DNA of 32,000 nucleotides from Pseudomonas aeruginosa (lineage in GTDB: Bacteria > Pseudomonadota > Gammaproteobacteria > Pseudomonadales > Pseudomonadaceae), in assembly GCF_001457615.1 (NCBI RefSeq), contig NZ_LN831024.1, positions 2,340,001 to 2,372,000 of the forward strand, written 5' to 3'. The position numbers and the translations under genes were made by a program. Below the pieces are notes generated by a model. The model was not told the origin of the DNA. It made no database searches and saw only the letters and a list, made by a program, of their open reading frames with translations. Shown one piece after another: positions 8,921-17,718 of the stretch; position 1 is the stretch's first letter; each line of letters begins with the position of its first letter.

Positions 8921-10000
8921 TCAGCGTTCGTCGCCGATCTCCAGTTCGATGAAGTCGATGACCCCTGCCGCGCGGTTGTCGAGGCGCTCAAGTTCCTGGC
9001 CGTCCAGCGTCTGCAACAGCGAGACGCCGTGTTCCAGACGCTCGCCGGAGGCATGCGAAGCGGCTTCGCGGGTAGGACTGAACAGCCAGGCGTGCGGATG
9101 TTGCGCGCGCCAGGCGGCGCGGGGTGAAAGGCTGACCTCGGTGCCTGCCGGGTAGTGCCAGGCGCCCAGTTGCAAGGCCTCGGCGAGGACCGTACCGCCG
9201 AGGCCGTACAGGCGGCGGTCGCGGTCGAAGGCCAGGGCGCCGCCGCTCAGCGCGATGCCGCGCACCGACACCCGTTGCCCGGTTTCCGGCATTACCCGCC
9301 AGCGCTCGGCGTCGCGGTAGCCGTCGGTGTAGACCATGCCATCGCTGGCGAACAATCGCGCACCGGCGGGGAAGTCGATGTCGTCGGCGCGGTTGCCGAT
9401 CGCCAGGCTACAGCCTTCGAAGGCGGCGGGACGCCCGTCGCGCTCGCTGGCGAAGGCGATTTCCTGGCTGGCGTCGCAACGCCAGCCTTCGATCTCGGCG
9501 ACTCCCTCGCCACGCAGGCGCAGCGAAGTGGGATGGACGCCGGTGGTTTTCCATGGGTCCTGCGGGTTGTCCTGCTCGCTCTGCAGCCAGCGTTGCAGGT
9601 GGCGGGTGGCGACGCCGCGGATCGTCACCGGGGTGGGGAATTCGGCTTCTCGGAAGCTTTCCGGCTGGTGCTTGAGTTCCAGCTTCAGCCGGGTGCCGGC
9701 AGGCATCTCGATGCCTCCGAGGCGGGTGGGGCGCTCGAGCACGGCGCTGTGCGCGGCTTCCTCGCGTGCACGTTCGCGCTCGTACTGCCAGAGACCGATC
9801 TCCAGCCAGGCGCGCAGTCCCAACGGGATCAGCAGGAGCAGCATCAGCAGGCCGCGGCTCGGCCAGCGGCGGCGCAAGCGCTGGCGCGCGCGCGGGCTGA
9901 AGGCCAGGAGCGATAGCCAGACCAGCAGCCAGATGCCGGCGACGAACGACGACAGGTAGATGAGCGGGACGATCAGGGGAATAGGGGCGACGGGGATCAC
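8921..10000 (-). CDS. Membrane-anchored hypothetical protein (359 aa) with a three-fold internal PAG[TA] repeat
   Basis: GTG start at 10000 with aagga upstream. Two N-terminal TM helices. The motifs IEMPAGTRL, IDFPAGARL and WHYPAGTEV recur. Confidence 0.75.
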   Translation of the reverse strand: MIPVAPIPLIVPLIYLSSFVAGIWLLVWLSLLAFSPRARQRLRRRWPSRGLLMLLLLIPLGLRAWLEIGLWQYERERAREEAAHSAVLERPTRLGGIEMPAGTRLKLELKHQPESFREAEFPTPVTIRGVATRHLQRWLQSEQDNPQDPWKTTGVHPTSLRLRGEGVAEIEGWRCDASQEIAFASERDGRPAAFEGCSLAIGNRADDIDFPAGARLFASDGMVYTDGYRDAERWRVMPETGQRVSVRGIALSGGALAFDRDRRLYGLGGTVLAEALQLGAWHYPAGTEVSLSPRAAWRAQHPHAWLFSPTREAASHASGERLEHGVSLLQTLDGQELERLDNRAAGVIDFIELEIGDER

Positions 10001-10243
10001 GCGGGCGTCCTTGCGGGTTGGGTTCCATGACGTCTCCGGCGCGGCGTGCCGGGTACCTGCCAGAGTTTACAGGGCGCGTCCCGATGCCGCAGCGGCAAAC
10101 TGTCTTCAGGCCTTGTCCGCCGGGGGCCACGCCCTGGAGAGGGAGGCGCTCGGGGATGGAGTCGGCGAAGTGCCGATTCAAGCCCAGGCGCGACGGGCCG
10201 ATGGGGTGGTTATCGGTTTCTGTAGTCCAGTGGGGAAAAACCA

Positions 10244-11839
10244 ATGAACGAAAGCGTCGCCAGGGTGTTCGATCGGATTCTACGGGGGCTCGGTTTGAAG
10301 ACCCTGAACGCCCAGTTCCTGCTGTCCTATGCACTGATGTTCGGCCTGGCCGCCTGCGCCTCGGTGGCGTTGTACCTGAGCATGTCGATCTCGCCGGAAA
10401 CCATCAACGTGGCCGGCGCGCAGCGCATGCTCAGCCAGAAGATGGCCCGCGAGGCGCTGCAATTGCGACTCGGCGCCGGCGACCCAAAGGCCCTGGCCGC
10501 GACCATCGCCCAGTACGAACGCTCGGCCGCCGACCTGGATGCGGGCAATGCCGAGCGCAACGTGAGCCGGATGGGCGCGCCGGAGATCGCCGCCCAGCGG
10601 CAGAAGGTGGCGCAGATCTGGGGCCGCTACCGGGCCATGCTCGACCAGGTGGCACAGCCTGCCAGCCAGGTCGATCTGCGCGGCTTCTCGCAGTATTCCA
10701 CCGAGCTGTTGGGCGAGCTGAACAACCTGGTCTCGCTGATGAGCGCGCGCGCCGACAGTGTCCAGCACACCCAGATGTGGATCGCCTTCGGTTGCCTGTT
10801 GGCGATCCTGGTGCTGGTGGTGCTCGGCCGGCAGTTCGGCCTGGCGCCGCTGATGCGGCAGTTGCGTGGGTTGGAAGTGGCGCTGACCGAGGTCGGCGCG
10901 GCGAACTTCACCCATGCCCTGGCGGCGGGCCATGCGGACAACGAGATCGGCCGCATCGTCGCTGGCTACGAGCGGATGCGCCAGGACGTCAGCGGTTTGC
11001 TGGCGAACGTCAAGCGCAGCGCGGCAGAGACCGACAAGGACGTGGCCGAGGCCCTGGAGCAGGCGCTCGGCGCCGGCGACCAGGTGGCGCGCCAGCACCA
11101 GGACCTGGACCAGGTGGCCACCGCGATGAACGAGATGAGCGCCACCGTGGCCGAGGTCGCCCGCCACGCCAACCATGCGGCGCACTCCACGCGCGACGCC
11201 GCGGCCCTGGCCCACGAGGGACGGCGTCTGGTGGAGCACGCCAGCAGCCAGACCGGTGCGTTGGCGGAGGAACTGGAGCAGACCGCCCTGGCGCTGAACA
11301 CCCTGCACCAGCATGCGGGCAGTGTCGGCCAGGTGCTTACGGTGATCAGCAGCATCGCCGAGCAGACCAACCTGCTGGCGCTCAATGCCGCCATCGAGGC
11401 GGCGCGGGCCGGGGAGGCCGGGCGCGGCTTCGCCGTGGTGGCGGACGAAGTGCGTTCGCTGGCCAACCGTACCCAGCAGTCGACCCAGGAGATCCAGGGG
11501 TTGATCGAGCAGTTGCAGGACGGCGCCAACGATGCGGTCGCCGCCATGCGCGGTAGCGCCAGCCATGCCCAGAGCAACCTCGTCGAGGCCGACAGCGCGG
11601 CCCAGGCGCTGGGGCGCATCGTCGCCACGGTGGAAGAACTGGACGGCCTCAACCAGCAGATCGCGACCGCCGCCGAGGAACAGAGCCAGGTGGCCCAGGA
11701 CATCGACCGCAACATCACCAACGTCTCCGGACTCTCCGAGCAGGCCCACGAAGGGACCGCCGCAGTGCTTTCGGCCAACCAGAGGGTCAAGGAGCACATG
11801 GCTGGCTTGCGCGTGGTGCTCGGTCGCTTCCGTACCTGA
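10244..11839 (+). CDS. mcpN: Methyl-accepting chemotaxis protein with PilJ/NarX-type periplasmic sensor (nitrate chemoreceptor McpN, from memory PA2788)
   Basis: Sensor P-box-like [19 protein letters not shown], then a HAMP domain and the highly conserved MCP signalling hairpin [37 protein letters not shown]. Confidence 0.9.
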   Translation: MNESVARVFDRILRGLGLKTLNAQFLLSYALMFGLAACASVALYLSMSISPETINVAGAQRMLSQKMAREALQLRLGAGDPKALAATIAQYERSAADLDAGNAERNVSRMGAPEIAAQRQKVAQIWGRYRAMLDQVAQPASQVDLRGFSQYSTELLGELNNLVSLMSARADSVQHTQMWIAFGCLLAILVLVVLGRQFGLAPLMRQLRGLEVALTEVGAANFTHALAAGHADNEIGRIVAGYERMRQDVSGLLANVKRSAAETDKDVAEALEQALGAGDQVARQHQDLDQVATAMNEMSATVAEVARHANHAAHSTRDAAALAHEGRRLVEHASSQTGALAEELEQTALALNTLHQHAGSVGQVLTVISSIAEQTNLLALNAAIEAARAGEAGRGFAVVADEVRSLANRTQQSTQEIQGLIEQLQDGANDAVAAMRGSASHAQSNLVEADSAAQALGRIVATVEELDGLNQQIATAAEEQSQVAQDIDRNITNVSGLSEQAHEGTAAVLSANQRVKEHMAGLRVVLGRFRT

Positions 11840-11860
11840 GGCTGGCTGCGGGCGTCGGCG

Positions 11861-13099
11861 CTAGTCGGCGGACAGCTCGCGGATCAGCGCCACCGTCAGG
11901 TACAGGCGGGGGGCGATGCTGGATAGTTCGAGGTATTCCGCCTCGCTGTGCAGGCCGGCGCCGACCACGCCGAGGGTTTCCAGCACCGCCGGTTTGTCGC
12001 TGCCGGGCACGTAGGCGTAGCCGGCGTCCGTGCCGAAGCGCATGGCGATCGGCTCGATGCGCTTGCCGATTCGGCCGTAGAGCGTCTGTGCGGTTTCCGC
12101 CAGGCGCTGCGAGGCGGGGTTCTTCACCAGAGGCGGACGACCCTTGTCGAGACGCAGACTGACTTCGGTATCGGCGACCAGGCGTTCGCCGGTCAGCTTC
12201 CGGGCGTCGGCCAGTACCCGCTCGCTCTCGGCCGGGTCCGAGTAGCGCATGTCGGCTTCCGCCGAAGCCTCGGCGGGAATGATGTTGCGCTTCTCGCCGC
12301 CCCTGGCGAGGGTCCAGTTCAGCGTGGTGCCTTTCGCCGGATCGCCGAGGTCCTTGAGACGCAGCAACTGGTGCGACAGTTCGAGAATGGCGTTGCGGCC
12401 TTGCTCGGGTGCCGAGCCGGCATGGGACGAGCGACCCTTCACCTCGAGCAGCAGGCCGTCGATGCCATTGGTGGCTACCGTCACTGCGTCCCGGTCCGGC
12501 GGCTCGTAGGAGAAGACGTAGTCCTGCTGCCGGGCCAGCTCGGCGATCAGTTGCTTCGAGCCGGCGGAGCCGGTCTCTTCGTCGGGATTGAACAGCACGG
12601 TGATCCGTCCGTAGTCCCTGAAGCCTTGCTGCCTGAGCAGCGCCAGGGCATGCAGCACCATCGCCACGCCGCCCTTGGCGTCGGCCACGCCGGGTCCGTA
12701 GGCGCGCTCCGCGTCCTCGCGGAACGGACGCTTCGCCGCGCTGCCGGCGGCGAACACGGTGTCGTAGTGAATCATCAGCAGGAAGCGCTTGCTGCCGGTG
12801 CCATCGAGGGTGGCCACCAGGTTGTCGCCGGCCGAGGGCGTCGCCGGTGCGCTGCGGACTTGCGCGCCGAGCGCCTGCAGGCGTTCGGCGAGCAGCGCGG
12901 ACAACTGGCCGAGGCCTTCGGCCTGGCCGGTACCGCTGTCCACCGCGACCAGTTGCCGGAGCGTGTCGAGGTAGGCCGGGCGTTCGGCTTCGGCCTGGCG
13001 CAGCAGCTCGGCGGCTGGCGTGTCGGCAGCGAAGGCGGCGGGCGAAAGCAGGAAGGCGAGGGCGAGCGGCAAGAGGCGGGGCAGGCGGCGGGCGTGCAC
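11861..13099 (-). CDS. cpg2: Peptidase M20 family, carboxypeptidase G2-like, exported
   Basis: Signal peptide MHARRLPRLLPLALAFLLSPAAFA. The motifs LLMIHYDTV, YGPGVADAKGG, FNPDEETGS and GRSSHAGSAPEQGRNA match my recollection of CPG2. Confidence 0.9.
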   Translation of the reverse strand: MHARRLPRLLPLALAFLLSPAAFAADTPAAELLRQAEAERPAYLDTLRQLVAVDSGTGQAEGLGQLSALLAERLQALGAQVRSAPATPSAGDNLVATLDGTGSKRFLLMIHYDTVFAAGSAAKRPFREDAERAYGPGVADAKGGVAMVLHALALLRQQGFRDYGRITVLFNPDEETGSAGSKQLIAELARQQDYVFSYEPPDRDAVTVATNGIDGLLLEVKGRSSHAGSAPEQGRNAILELSHQLLRLKDLGDPAKGTTLNWTLARGGEKRNIIPAEASAEADMRYSDPAESERVLADARKLTGERLVADTEVSLRLDKGRPPLVKNPASQRLAETAQTLYGRIGKRIEPIAMRFGTDAGYAYVPGSDKPAVLETLGVVGAGLHSEAEYLELSSIAPRLYLTVALIRELSAD

Positions 13100-13165
13100 G
13101 GAAGGTCCTCGTCTGGCGGGCGGAGGCGGCGCGGTTGTGCGCCGCGGTATCCGATTGACCTTAGG

Positions 13166-13633
13166 TCATGAGACGGTTTCCGCCAGCAGCGCCTCGACCT
13201 TGCGCCGCAATTCTTCCAGCAGGGCTCGTTCCTCGGCCGAATAGTCGCGCGGTCGGCTGTCGAGTACGCAGACGGTGCCGTACGGGGTGCCGTCGGGCGC
13301 ATGAACCGGATAGCCAAGGTAGTTGCTCAGGCCGAACTCGACTTCATCCTCGTTGCCGGCCCATTCCGTCTCCTGGCGCGAGTCGCGCACGTGCAACGGG
13401 GCGTCGCGGTCGACCACGCGTTCGCAGTAGAGGGGTTTGGCGCCGTCTTCATGGACGCTCTTGCGGCCTTCGGCGCCGATCGGGTAGGTGTCCTCTAGGC
13501 GTCCGGCGGAGGCCTCGACGCGCATGTGCCGGGGCAGGGAACGCATGATCAGCACCGACGGCACGTCGAGCCGGCGGGCCAGTGCGTCGATATCCCGGCG
13601 CAGGGATTCGAATCGTTCGGAGGATTTCGCCAT
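13166..13633 (-). CDS. GAF-domain protein (155 aa)
   Basis: LGYPVHAPDGTPYGTVCVLDSRPRDYSAEERALLEEL is a typical GAF C-terminal segment. The gene lies 66 nt upstream of cpg2 on the same strand. Confidence 0.75.
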   Translation of the reverse strand: MAKSSERFESLRRDIDALARRLDVPSVLIMRSLPRHMRVEASAGRLEDTYPIGAEGRKSVHEDGAKPLYCERVVDRDAPLHVRDSRQETEWAGNEDEVEFGLSNYLGYPVHAPDGTPYGTVCVLDSRPRDYSAEERALLEELRRKVEALLAETVS

Positions 13634-13747
13634 GCCCGGCCTCGCCCATGTCTGGTGGATGAACCGCGACTGTAGCGGCGAAAGGGGGCTTGGCCTAAAT
13701 ACCCTTTGGTGCGCTCCCCCTCGCTCGAGCGCATAAGCGCCCGGCTG

Positions 13748-13966
13748 TCACTCCTCGGTCGGGCCGGGCAGGTACTCCAGCAGGTCTCCCGGTTGGCACG
13801 CCAGGTAGGCGCAGATGGCCTCCAGGGTAGCGAGGCGAATGCCCTTTACCTTGCCCTGCTTGAGCAGCGACAGGTTCTGTTCGGTGATGCCGATGGCCTG
13901 GGCCAGGTCCTTGGACCTGGCCTTGCGCAGGGCGAGCATGACGTCCAGCCTGATTTCGATGGGCAT
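13748..13966 (-). CDS. Small XRE/YozG-like HTH transcriptional regulator (72 aa)
   Basis: MPIEIRLDVMLALRKARSKDLAQAIGITEQNLSLLKQGKVKGIRLATLEAICAYLACQPGDLLEY. Only the last 72 codons of track ORF 13748..14593 look coding. Confidence 0.85.
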   Translation of the reverse strand: MPIEIRLDVMLALRKARSKDLAQAIGITEQNLSLLKQGKVKGIRLATLEAICAYLACQPGDLLEYLPGPTEE

Positions 13967-13974
13967 GGCGGACC

Positions 13975-14532
13975 TCAGACGAACTGGCGGTTTTCCTCGG
14001 CGAGCAGGGCGGCCTTGCGCTGGATGCGCGCGATCACCATCACCGAGGCGGCGGCGAACAGGCTGACCAGTTCCGCCGAACCGAAGCTGAGACTGACGAT
14101 GCGTTGCCCCTGGGGTTGGAGGAAGGTGACCCAGACTGTCAGCAGCGGTTCCAGCAGGAAGTTCGCCAGCACCCAGCAAGCCAGGCACAGGCCGACCTTG
14201 CCGAGCAGCGCCGCGGCGTCTTCGCAGAAATACTCGCCGCGCCCGTAGTGCTGGAACAGCCTTCGCAGCGCCTGCAGTCCACTGGCCAGGACCAGCAGCG
14301 GCAGGCTCGACAGGAGGATGCCGCCGAGGGCCTGCCAGAGCGGCATGTCCCGCGCCACAACGCCGAGGTCGCCGGCGACACCGGTGGCGGTGAGAGCGAA
14401 ACCGAGGCCGTGCTCGCTGGCAAGGTCGGGGAAGATCCAGCACGCGGCGTTGAGCAGCAGCATGCCGGCGATCAACAGCAGGGTCAGGGTAGCCATCAGG
14501 CGGCTGTAGCCGGCCAGGCGGTCGCTTGTCAT
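13975..14532 (-). CDS. DUF2975-like multi-pass membrane protein (185 aa)
   Basis: Four to five hydrophobic helices. RBS aggag is upstream. The stop lies 8 nt before the HTH gene, which is the usual DUF2975 + YozG-type HTH pairing. Confidence 0.8.
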   Translation of the reverse strand: MTSDRLAGYSRLMATLTLLLIAGMLLLNAACWIFPDLASEHGLGFALTATGVAGDLGVVARDMPLWQALGGILLSSLPLLVLASGLQALRRLFQHYGRGEYFCEDAAALLGKVGLCLACWVLANFLLEPLLTVWVTFLQPQGQRIVSLSFGSAELVSLFAAASVMVIARIQRKAALLAEENRQFV

Positions 14533-14595
14533 CGGGGGTACTCCTGGGAAGGTGGGCAGGCCCCTCGGAAACGAGGGAAACCGAAGTGATCATAG

Positions 14596-14630
14596 TTTAA
14601 TAATAAATTATCGTAAAACGATAATTTCAA
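14596..14630 (-). promoter_or_regulatory. Promoter/operator of the DUF2975-HTH operon
   Basis: Perfect inverted repeat AAATTATCG-taaaa-CGATAATTT (14605-14627) in the only AT-rich patch of the region. On the minus strand a TTGAAA -35 element (14625-14630) is followed by TTTATT/TATTAT -10 candidates, so the palindrome fills the spacer. Confidence 0.5.
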
Positions 14631-14660
14631 GATCGCTGCATCCGGCCTGGAGCGCTCCGC

Positions 14661-14693
14661 AAAATCCCCCCCGTGCCTGCCGGGGGCACGGAG
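14661..14693 (-). terminator. Probable intrinsic terminator after mep72
   Basis: Minus strand reads ccgtgcc-cccggca-ggcacgg (14671-14691), extendable by two pairs, followed by GGGGATTTT. Confidence 0.4.
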
Positions 14694-14703
14694 GGGAAGC
14701 GTC

Positions 14704-16503
14704 CTACTTCTGCAGCAACTGGACGTTGTCGATGAACATCGACTCCTGCTGGTTACCGCTGAGGATCATCAGTTCAGCACGCTTGATCGGCCCCTTCGGC
14801 AATTGCACCTGGCCGCGCAGGCTGGCCCAGCGGCCATTCTCGACCACCTTGTAGCCCAGGGGCAGGTATTCGCCGGGCCGACCCTGGCTTTCCAGGTAGA
14901 GGTAGGCATAGGTCATGGCCTGCGAGCCGCGACCGTCGCCGACCCGCACGTCCGCGCTGAACGCGTAGGTCCGGCCTGCTTCCAGGTTGCCCAGCAGGCT
15001 GGTGCTCGCGCCGGTGCCGGCGTAGCGCCGCTGGTAGGCTTCCAGGGCCAGCCGCCCGGCGCTGGCGACGCGCGTGGCGCGGGTGCTGGCATGCACACCG
15101 CTCCAGCCGCCGATGCCGCTCTCGAAGTCGTAGGCGATGCGTTTCGGCGCCGGCGGTACGCTCGGCGGCGCGGACTGGGCTTCCTGCAGGTTCATCTCGT
15201 CGACCAGCAGGCTGGCGCCGCTGTCGCTCCAGACCGCCACGTAGAGGTTGCGCTGGTCGGCGGCGGGACGGTAGTCGAAGGTCTTCTCCAGGCGACTGAA
15301 CTCGTTGCCGCTGACCGACAGTTCGACGCTCTGCGCCGGGTTGTAGGCCAGGGCGCCATCGGCGCGTTCGCTGAGCAGCGCCATGCGCACGGTTTCACGG
15401 GTATTGGCGGCCTTGAGCATGACCTTGCCGCTCAGCCGGTAGCCGCTGCCGGCGCGCAGGGGGGCAATGGGGCGGACCAGCAGATCGAAGCCACGCACGT
15501 CGACCAGCAAGGCATTGTCGCGGCAGCCCTTGGCGACGTTCACCAGGCTCAGCTGGGCGTTGCCGGACCATGCGCGCCAGCCTTCCATGCTGGCGAACTC
15601 GCCATCGCCGAGCAGGCCGCCGAGCTTGGCTTTCGTGCACCATGGCAGGTCCGGCGGGGTCGGCGTGTCGCCGCCGGAGCCCGGGTTGACCGTGCCGGGT
15701 ACCTTGGTCGGGCGAAAGTCGGCGATCTGCGTGGCCATGCTGTTCAGCGCGCGTACGGCGTCGGCGTGTTCTTCGCGACCGCAGGGCTGGTTGGCGCATT
15801 CGGCGTTGACCAGGCGCGGGTTGGCGAAGAACGGTGCCTGCTTGTTGGTGCCGAAGGCATGCGGGTAGGCCATCACGGTGGCGAAGCGCCCCTGCACGCC
15901 GTAGCCGCGGCTCCATTCGTAGGTGCCGCTGTGGGCGTAGCGCGGATCGTAGTAGCTGGACTCCAGGTCCTGCTCGTAGGAGTGGCGCAGGCCCATGTTG
16001 TGGCCGGCTTCATGGGCGAAGGTGTTGAGCCCGCAGTCGACCCCGGTGAGGTTGTAGGCAATGTCCTTGGCGTTGCCGTGGAAGCGCCCGCTGTTCTTAT
16101 CGCCCGAGCCCATGTAGCCGATGCCGCAGGTGATGTAGCCGTTGCCGCTGTTCTGCGAGCGGTTGACCAGGCTGACCAGGTCGGCGCCGTACTGCTCGCG
16201 CAGGCGCTGCACCTGCGGGTCGCGCATGAAGCGATCGAGGTTGGTGCCGGTCACCGTCGGGTAGTCGGCCCAGTCCAGGCGCTGCTTGTGCACCAGACGC
16301 AGGCGCAGGTTGACGCCGCTCTTCTCGTAGGCGGTGTTGGCGAACTCGATGTAGCTGGCGATCCGCGCATCGATGTCGCGGCCATTTGCGGTCTGGGTCG
16401 CCGCGGGGGTGTAGAGGACCATGATGTCGACGGTCTTCGGCGCGGCCTGGGCGGCAGAGGCTACCGCCAGGGCTAGGGTGGAGCAGAGCAGGGATTTCTT
16501 CAT
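14704..16503 (-). CDS. mep72: Secreted metzincin (M72-type) metalloprotease with C-terminal carbohydrate-binding-like modules (Mep72, from memory PA2783)
   Basis: Signal peptide MKKSLLCSTLALAVASAAQA|AP. Zinc motif HEAGHNMGLRH (HExxHxxGxxH). Long beta-rich C-terminal half. I prefer the start at the ATG at 16503 over the track start at 16551. Confidence 0.9.
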   Translation of the reverse strand: MKKSLLCSTLALAVASAAQAAPKTVDIMVLYTPAATQTANGRDIDARIASYIEFANTAYEKSGVNLRLRLVHKQRLDWADYPTVTGTNLDRFMRDPQVQRLREQYGADLVSLVNRSQNSGNGYITCGIGYMGSGDKNSGRFHGNAKDIAYNLTGVDCGLNTFAHEAGHNMGLRHSYEQDLESSYYDPRYAHSGTYEWSRGYGVQGRFATVMAYPHAFGTNKQAPFFANPRLVNAECANQPCGREEHADAVRALNSMATQIADFRPTKVPGTVNPGSGGDTPTPPDLPWCTKAKLGGLLGDGEFASMEGWRAWSGNAQLSLVNVAKGCRDNALLVDVRGFDLLVRPIAPLRAGSGYRLSGKVMLKAANTRETVRMALLSERADGALAYNPAQSVELSVSGNEFSRLEKTFDYRPAADQRNLYVAVWSDSGASLLVDEMNLQEAQSAPPSVPPAPKRIAYDFESGIGGWSGVHASTRATRVASAGRLALEAYQRRYAGTGASTSLLGNLEAGRTYAFSADVRVGDGRGSQAMTYAYLYLESQGRPGEYLPLGYKVVENGRWASLRGQVQLPKGPIKRAELMILSGNQQESMFIDNVQLLQK

Positions 16504-16580
16504 GGGTTGCCTGTGTTCGGACAATAGGAAGCCATGGCGCCCCGAGGGCACCGCTGGGGAAACATGCTGGGAAGGTGGGC

Positions 16581-17240
16581 TCAGCCCTGGGCGGGCGGCG
16601 GCATCGGTGGCAGCTCGGCGAGCGGCGCGTCGACATGATCGCCATGCGGGTCGCTACGCGCGGCGATGTCGTTCTCGTCGATCACCCGGGTCTTGCCGCT
16701 GCGGTTGTCGACGATGATCGAGTAGCTGCCGTCGAGGGTGGCGACATTGATGTGGGTTTCCAGGCTGCCGCGCACCACGGTCAGGCTTTCCGCCTCGTCG
16801 CCGTCCACCAGGCCGCCGCGCCAGACCGGCAGGCCGGCGCTGTTATGGGTGCTGGCGAGGCGTGCCTGCAAGGGCCGCTCGCGACCCGGCAGGCTCATTT
16901 CCAGCACCTGGCCGAGCGCCAGCGTGTCGAGCAGGGCGGGTTCGACCTGCGCCAGGTATTCGGGAATGCCCTGGGCGCCTTCGCGGCTGCGCAGTTCGCC
17001 TTGCCAGAGCGTCACCCGCTCGCGTGGCGCGGGCGTCGTGACGGGGGTCGGGGCGAGCATGCGGGTAGCGTCCGCCGCCGGCGCCGCGAGCGCCGCTGTC
17101 GGGGCGGCGGCTGCCTGGGCGGCGGGGGACTGGCGGGCCTGCGGCGATGCCTCGGGCGGAGCCGGGTCGAGCAGCCAGCCGCCGATCAGCGCACCGCCGA
17201 TGGCGGCGGCCGAGGCTGCGTAGATCCATGTCTTGGCCAC
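16581..17240 (-). CDS. bamI: Membrane-anchored/periplasmic partner of Mep72 (BamI protease inhibitor, from memory PA2782)
   Basis: It lies 77 nt upstream of mep72 on the same strand. The GTG at 17240 is preceded by GAGGAG with 7-nt spacing, giving VAKTWIYAASAAAIGGALIGGWLL (an N-terminal anchor). The track start at 17306 is a TTG without an RBS. Confidence 0.8.
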   Translation of the reverse strand: MAKTWIYAASAAAIGGALIGGWLLDPAPPEASPQARQSPAAQAAAAPTAALAAPAADATRMLAPTPVTTPAPRERVTLWQGELRSREGAQGIPEYLAQVEPALLDTLALGQVLEMSLPGRERPLQARLASTHNSAGLPVWRGGLVDGDEAESLTVVRGSLETHINVATLDGSYSIIVDNRSGKTRVIDENDIAARSDPHGDHVDAPLAELPPMPPPAQG

Positions 17241-17426
17241 GTTGTTTCTCCTCTGAGTGAACGTGGCGCGGAGTCTAGGAAGAAGCCTCTCCCAGCGTGG
17301 CGGCAACCGTTCACATTTGCGCCAGGCCGCGCGCCGGCGTGACGAAACTGCGAATCAGGCCGGAGCGCTGCGGGCGCCAGGTCACGTGCGCTCTGTGCGC
17401 TGCGGCAAGGCTGGCGTTCGGCCGCC

Positions 17427-17703
17427 ATGCTGTTCGCGGCGGAAGGCTTCGGCGCACCTGGCCGTCCTCGCGCTTGAAGAACTGGACGAAGTTGCTCGGC
17501 TCGTCGAAGCCGATGCCATCGTCTACGGCAGCCCCACCTATATGGGCGGACCGGCCTGGCAGTTCAAGAAGTTCGCCGATGCCACCTCAAAGCCCTGGTT
17601 CGTCCAGCTGGCTTCGCTGACGCCTCGCGCCGGCTATGGGGTGTCGTCATCCCGGCCGACGGTGGCATGTTCGCTCATCTCCAGGCAACCCGGTACGGCC
17701 TCT
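17427..17703 (+). pseudogene. Remnant of a flavodoxin-like / NAD(P)H:quinone oxidoreductase (WrbA-type) gene
   Basis: Frame-1 segment 17473-17601 reads LEELDEVARLVEADAIVYGSPTYMGGPAWQFKKFADATSKPWF, the conserved core of the flavodoxin-like fold. The N-terminal FMN-binding loop and the C-terminal half are missing or out of frame. Confidence 0.45.
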
Positions 17704-17718
17704 AGCCGCGCCGGGGCC

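Noticed and set aside
8845-8952. 35-aa plus-strand ORF (MRLVHFLIALPAALLAEPQITARRRFSVRRRSPVR) with GGAGGG just upstream
   Set aside because: RBS spacing is too short at 3 nt. The C-terminal half is Arg-rich junk and overlaps the convergent 3' end of the 359-aa gene. Nothing supports it.
13126-13145. Hairpin gcggcgc-ggttgt-gcgccgc between the GAF gene and cpg2
   Set aside because: It is a GC-only stem with no U-tract in a 66-nt intergenic gap. I cannot distinguish an attenuator from chance pairing in GC-rich DNA.
17298-17316. Full CRP/Vfr binding site upstream of bamI
   Set aside because: Only the TCACAT half matches, and the left half (gcggc) does not resemble TGNGA. I kept it as a half-site remark rather than a feature.
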